DNA from: Rhodosorus marinus CCMP1338
Taxonomy: Eukaryota; Plantae; Rhodophyta
DNA length: 64,000 nt
Reading direction: 5' to 3'
Assembly: GCA_029953675.1 (NCBI GenBank)
Contig: JAMWBK010000003.1
Coordinates: 620,001 to 684,000, forward strand
Positions 61,547-64,000 of the stretch are shown here, one piece after another. The notes beneath the pieces are model-generated. The model did not search any database and was not told where the DNA came from. It saw only the letters and a program-made list of their open reading frames with translations. Each line of letters opens with the position of its first letter. Positions within the stretch are counted from its first letter, which is position 1. The position numbers and the translations under genes were made by a program.

Positions 61547-64000
61547 TCAACCAGTCAGCGCCCATCGTGACACGCCAGGGCTGGATTTGACCCTTCCTCT
61601 GAGATTGTGAATGAGTGCAAATACCCTTTTTGAGCTCGAGTTTCCACGCTTCGACATTGTCACCCCTTCGCTCAGGGGCAAGCCTGCAAGAGCGGGATCG
61701 ACAGCTTCGAACTCTGTATCCAAAACACCACGTATTTTACCCACACCCTTGGAGGCACGCAGAATCTGGGTCTCGAACTTTCCCTTCTGGCTCAACCTCA
61801 GGCTGAAGTAGCCGCAAGTAGAGTCACCCAAAATAGGAGCCGAAAGCACGAGCTGGCCGAGCAGTATGCAATCGTCCATTTCCTTTCTGGACGATTCCAC
61901 AAGACCAACCTCAAGCGTTTCCATATCCCATCTCGGCGAGCTCGTCGCCCGATCGACCGTTCTCGTCCGACCTGGGCTTTTCGCGTAATCGGAATCAATC
62001 TTTACGTACGTCCGCAGCGGAACGTTGCTGTCAACGCTAGGCGGGTGAGACACACCCTCACACTCAAGGCCTAGTTTTTTAGTGCGGTGAAGAGCACAAG
62101 AGAAGCATGGGGGTAAGCGTTCCGTCCACTCCGCGCTCAGGGGTTTTCAAACCGTGAGAATCCCCCTAGAGGAGGTGACCAAATCTTCGAAACTCTCCGA
62201 CACGATCTATTCTCCTACCTCTGATTCGCACTGTACAGCGAACAACATCTTGCATTGGAATAGAAGGAGCAGGCCTTCCCTGAATGTTCTCTTCAAAAAG
62301 CACACTAGTTTGCTCGTCGGTCGACGATACCTCCTGCTTGTCATCGGTCGTATACGGCAGATCAGCCAGGCATCCACGAAGTATGAAGAAACCCTTTCTC
62401 GTGGTTTTGGACAAGTAACCATTTCCCATCGACCTGAAAGCAGAATCAGGCCAATCAGCCCTGACACCCAAGATCGACATGGTTCGATGTTAGTTTGCGG
62501 TGGTATCGAATCGTAGTCACACCAGGATCATCGGAGCTTTCTTACCCGGGCACTAACCCTCCGATGTAGATGTAGTCAAACTGCGCAGAAATATCGTAGC
62601 CAGAGCGACCAATCTTCAGCCCGCGCAGAGCAAGCGGGAGGTCAGTTGGTTTGGCGAGCTTTGTGAAGATGAAGCAGACTTCAACCCCGGAGATATTGAG
62701 CGATAGAGCCGACGCCTGTCCGTTCGACGCCTCCTGTACATTGCTGATCACCGGGATGACTTTTTTCCGAGCGAGGACGGAGATGTACGACGTGGAATGG
62801 ACAAGGATGAAGTCGTGTTGTTCAAAGCCTGTGGGAACAGGAGTCAGTCTGGAGTCGACGTCCTTGTTCTTCCAGAGCGCCGTACACAGAACATCCGTCT
62901 CTCCCAAGTCGTCAGGAAGCTGCAGCTGGTCTTTGCTAGTGGCCATCATTCGAACCCTGTAAGTTGCCCCGAACAAGGGTGCGACTCCGGGTTGCGACCA
63001 GCTAATGAGCGATCGAGCGAACTTCTCTCGCAAACCCCCTCCATTGCTCGGAAACTGGAGAAGCAGCGGCGTCGTCGCTGGAGTGGCGTCTTCACGGGTT
63101 CTGGAAAGCGGGGAAAAACGAAACAATTGAGGCGAAGCTCGTCAATTGAAATCCAACGTCGAACCCGCGAACGACACACGCGGAGTTGCGAAGTCATACC
63201 GGGAGAATTTCTCCCCTCCAAGGAGATCAGAGCAGAGCAAGTTCATGCAAAAGCAGGCATGGGTATGGTTTTGTTACCTGTAAATAAGCCGCAATCGAGG
63301 GCTTCCTGAGGAATTGATCCTCTCCCAGGACACAAGCCCTATTCTAGGGTACTCGTACAAGATGCTTTGCGAATTGGAGACCACGAGCGATTCATTTTGC
63401 AATTCCACGAGGACAGAGTGCTTCTCTCCGCCGGGAGTAATTCTGCTTACGTCCTTCATAAACCTGTAGGATTTATTCGTCCAGTTAATTCGAAAGCGTC
63501 CTCCCACTTGTGGCATGTGTTCCCTACCGCGACCAATACAGTCATAGTCTAATTGACTGTACAATTGAGCCTTACCCATGTCCATTGCTCCTCTGTACAG
63601 GGAGGTTTAACGCCTGTCCATATCCACACAGGGCGTCCAGACAGTCCTGCCTTCCGCCGTCAACGAAATTCTTAAAATATATTCGCATCACTGACTTTAC
63701 ACCGTCCTCGAGCATTCCACGCGTAGACCTCTTCCCCGTTCTTGTGAAATCGGTCTTCAGTGCTCCGGTTCCCTGTTTCACCCGCGCCAAGTAACGCACC
63801 CCAGGAGGCAGAGACAGAAGTAACTTGTTCAGCCCGGTAAACGTTCAGAGGGTCGCCGAAAGTGCGGTCTAGGGCCACTACGCGAAGACCTTGCAAGATT
63901 CTTTCGGGTTCTACATACTGAGTACTGCTTTGATATTGAGTCGGCATTATCTGCCCAGATCCTCTTGAAAGCAAATTCGCTCTCCTCTACTAATCCGGTT
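61547..64000 (-). CDS. SAC1-domain phosphoinositide phosphatase (synaptojanin/SAC-like), 5' part outside the window, multi-exon
   Basis: FKRIWADNADSISKQYS|GTGALKTDFTRTGKRSTRGMLEDG...NFVDGGRQD is the conserved C-terminal end of the SAC domain. Phase-compatible downstream exons continue to the stop at 61547. Confidence 0.88.

Overview
Compact eukaryotic nuclear DNA with short GT-AG introns, tRNA genes and one plastid-type gene. A red alga or similar alga is my inference, not a database result. Bases 1-8.9 kb are gene-poor and contain a nested transposon relic: a ~1.3-kb foldback element carrying a frameshifted non-LTR (CRE-like) reverse-transcriptase fragment. Bases 8.9-44.4 kb are a gene-dense housekeeping block: C2H2 factor, inositol monophosphatase, PRP17/CDC40, UPF3, malate dehydrogenase, RPL10A, a CaaX protein, tRNA-Ile x2, tRNA-Gly, a candidate eIF4E-binding protein, RACK1, a HAD hydrolase, a Bet1-like SNARE and a 2Fe-2S protein. 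Bases 44.4-61 kb are largely non-coding around two paralogous C2H2 genes, and a SAC1-family gene runs off the right edge. The most unusual items are: (i) an MDH with a mitochondrial-type presequence and an apparent ~128-aa spliced C-terminal extension; (ii) a SAC1 + PH-like + apparently dead 5-phosphatase + C2 architecture; (iii) the RT-capturing foldback element; (iv) a four-unit degenerate ~175-bp array with a conserved 29-bp core; (v) three unrelated perfect or near-perfect 17-24-bp hairpins; (vi) a 21-copy 12-bp minisatellite inside an intron. Exon boundaries were read by eye and are approximate. No CRISPR array, rRNA or intact transposase was seen.
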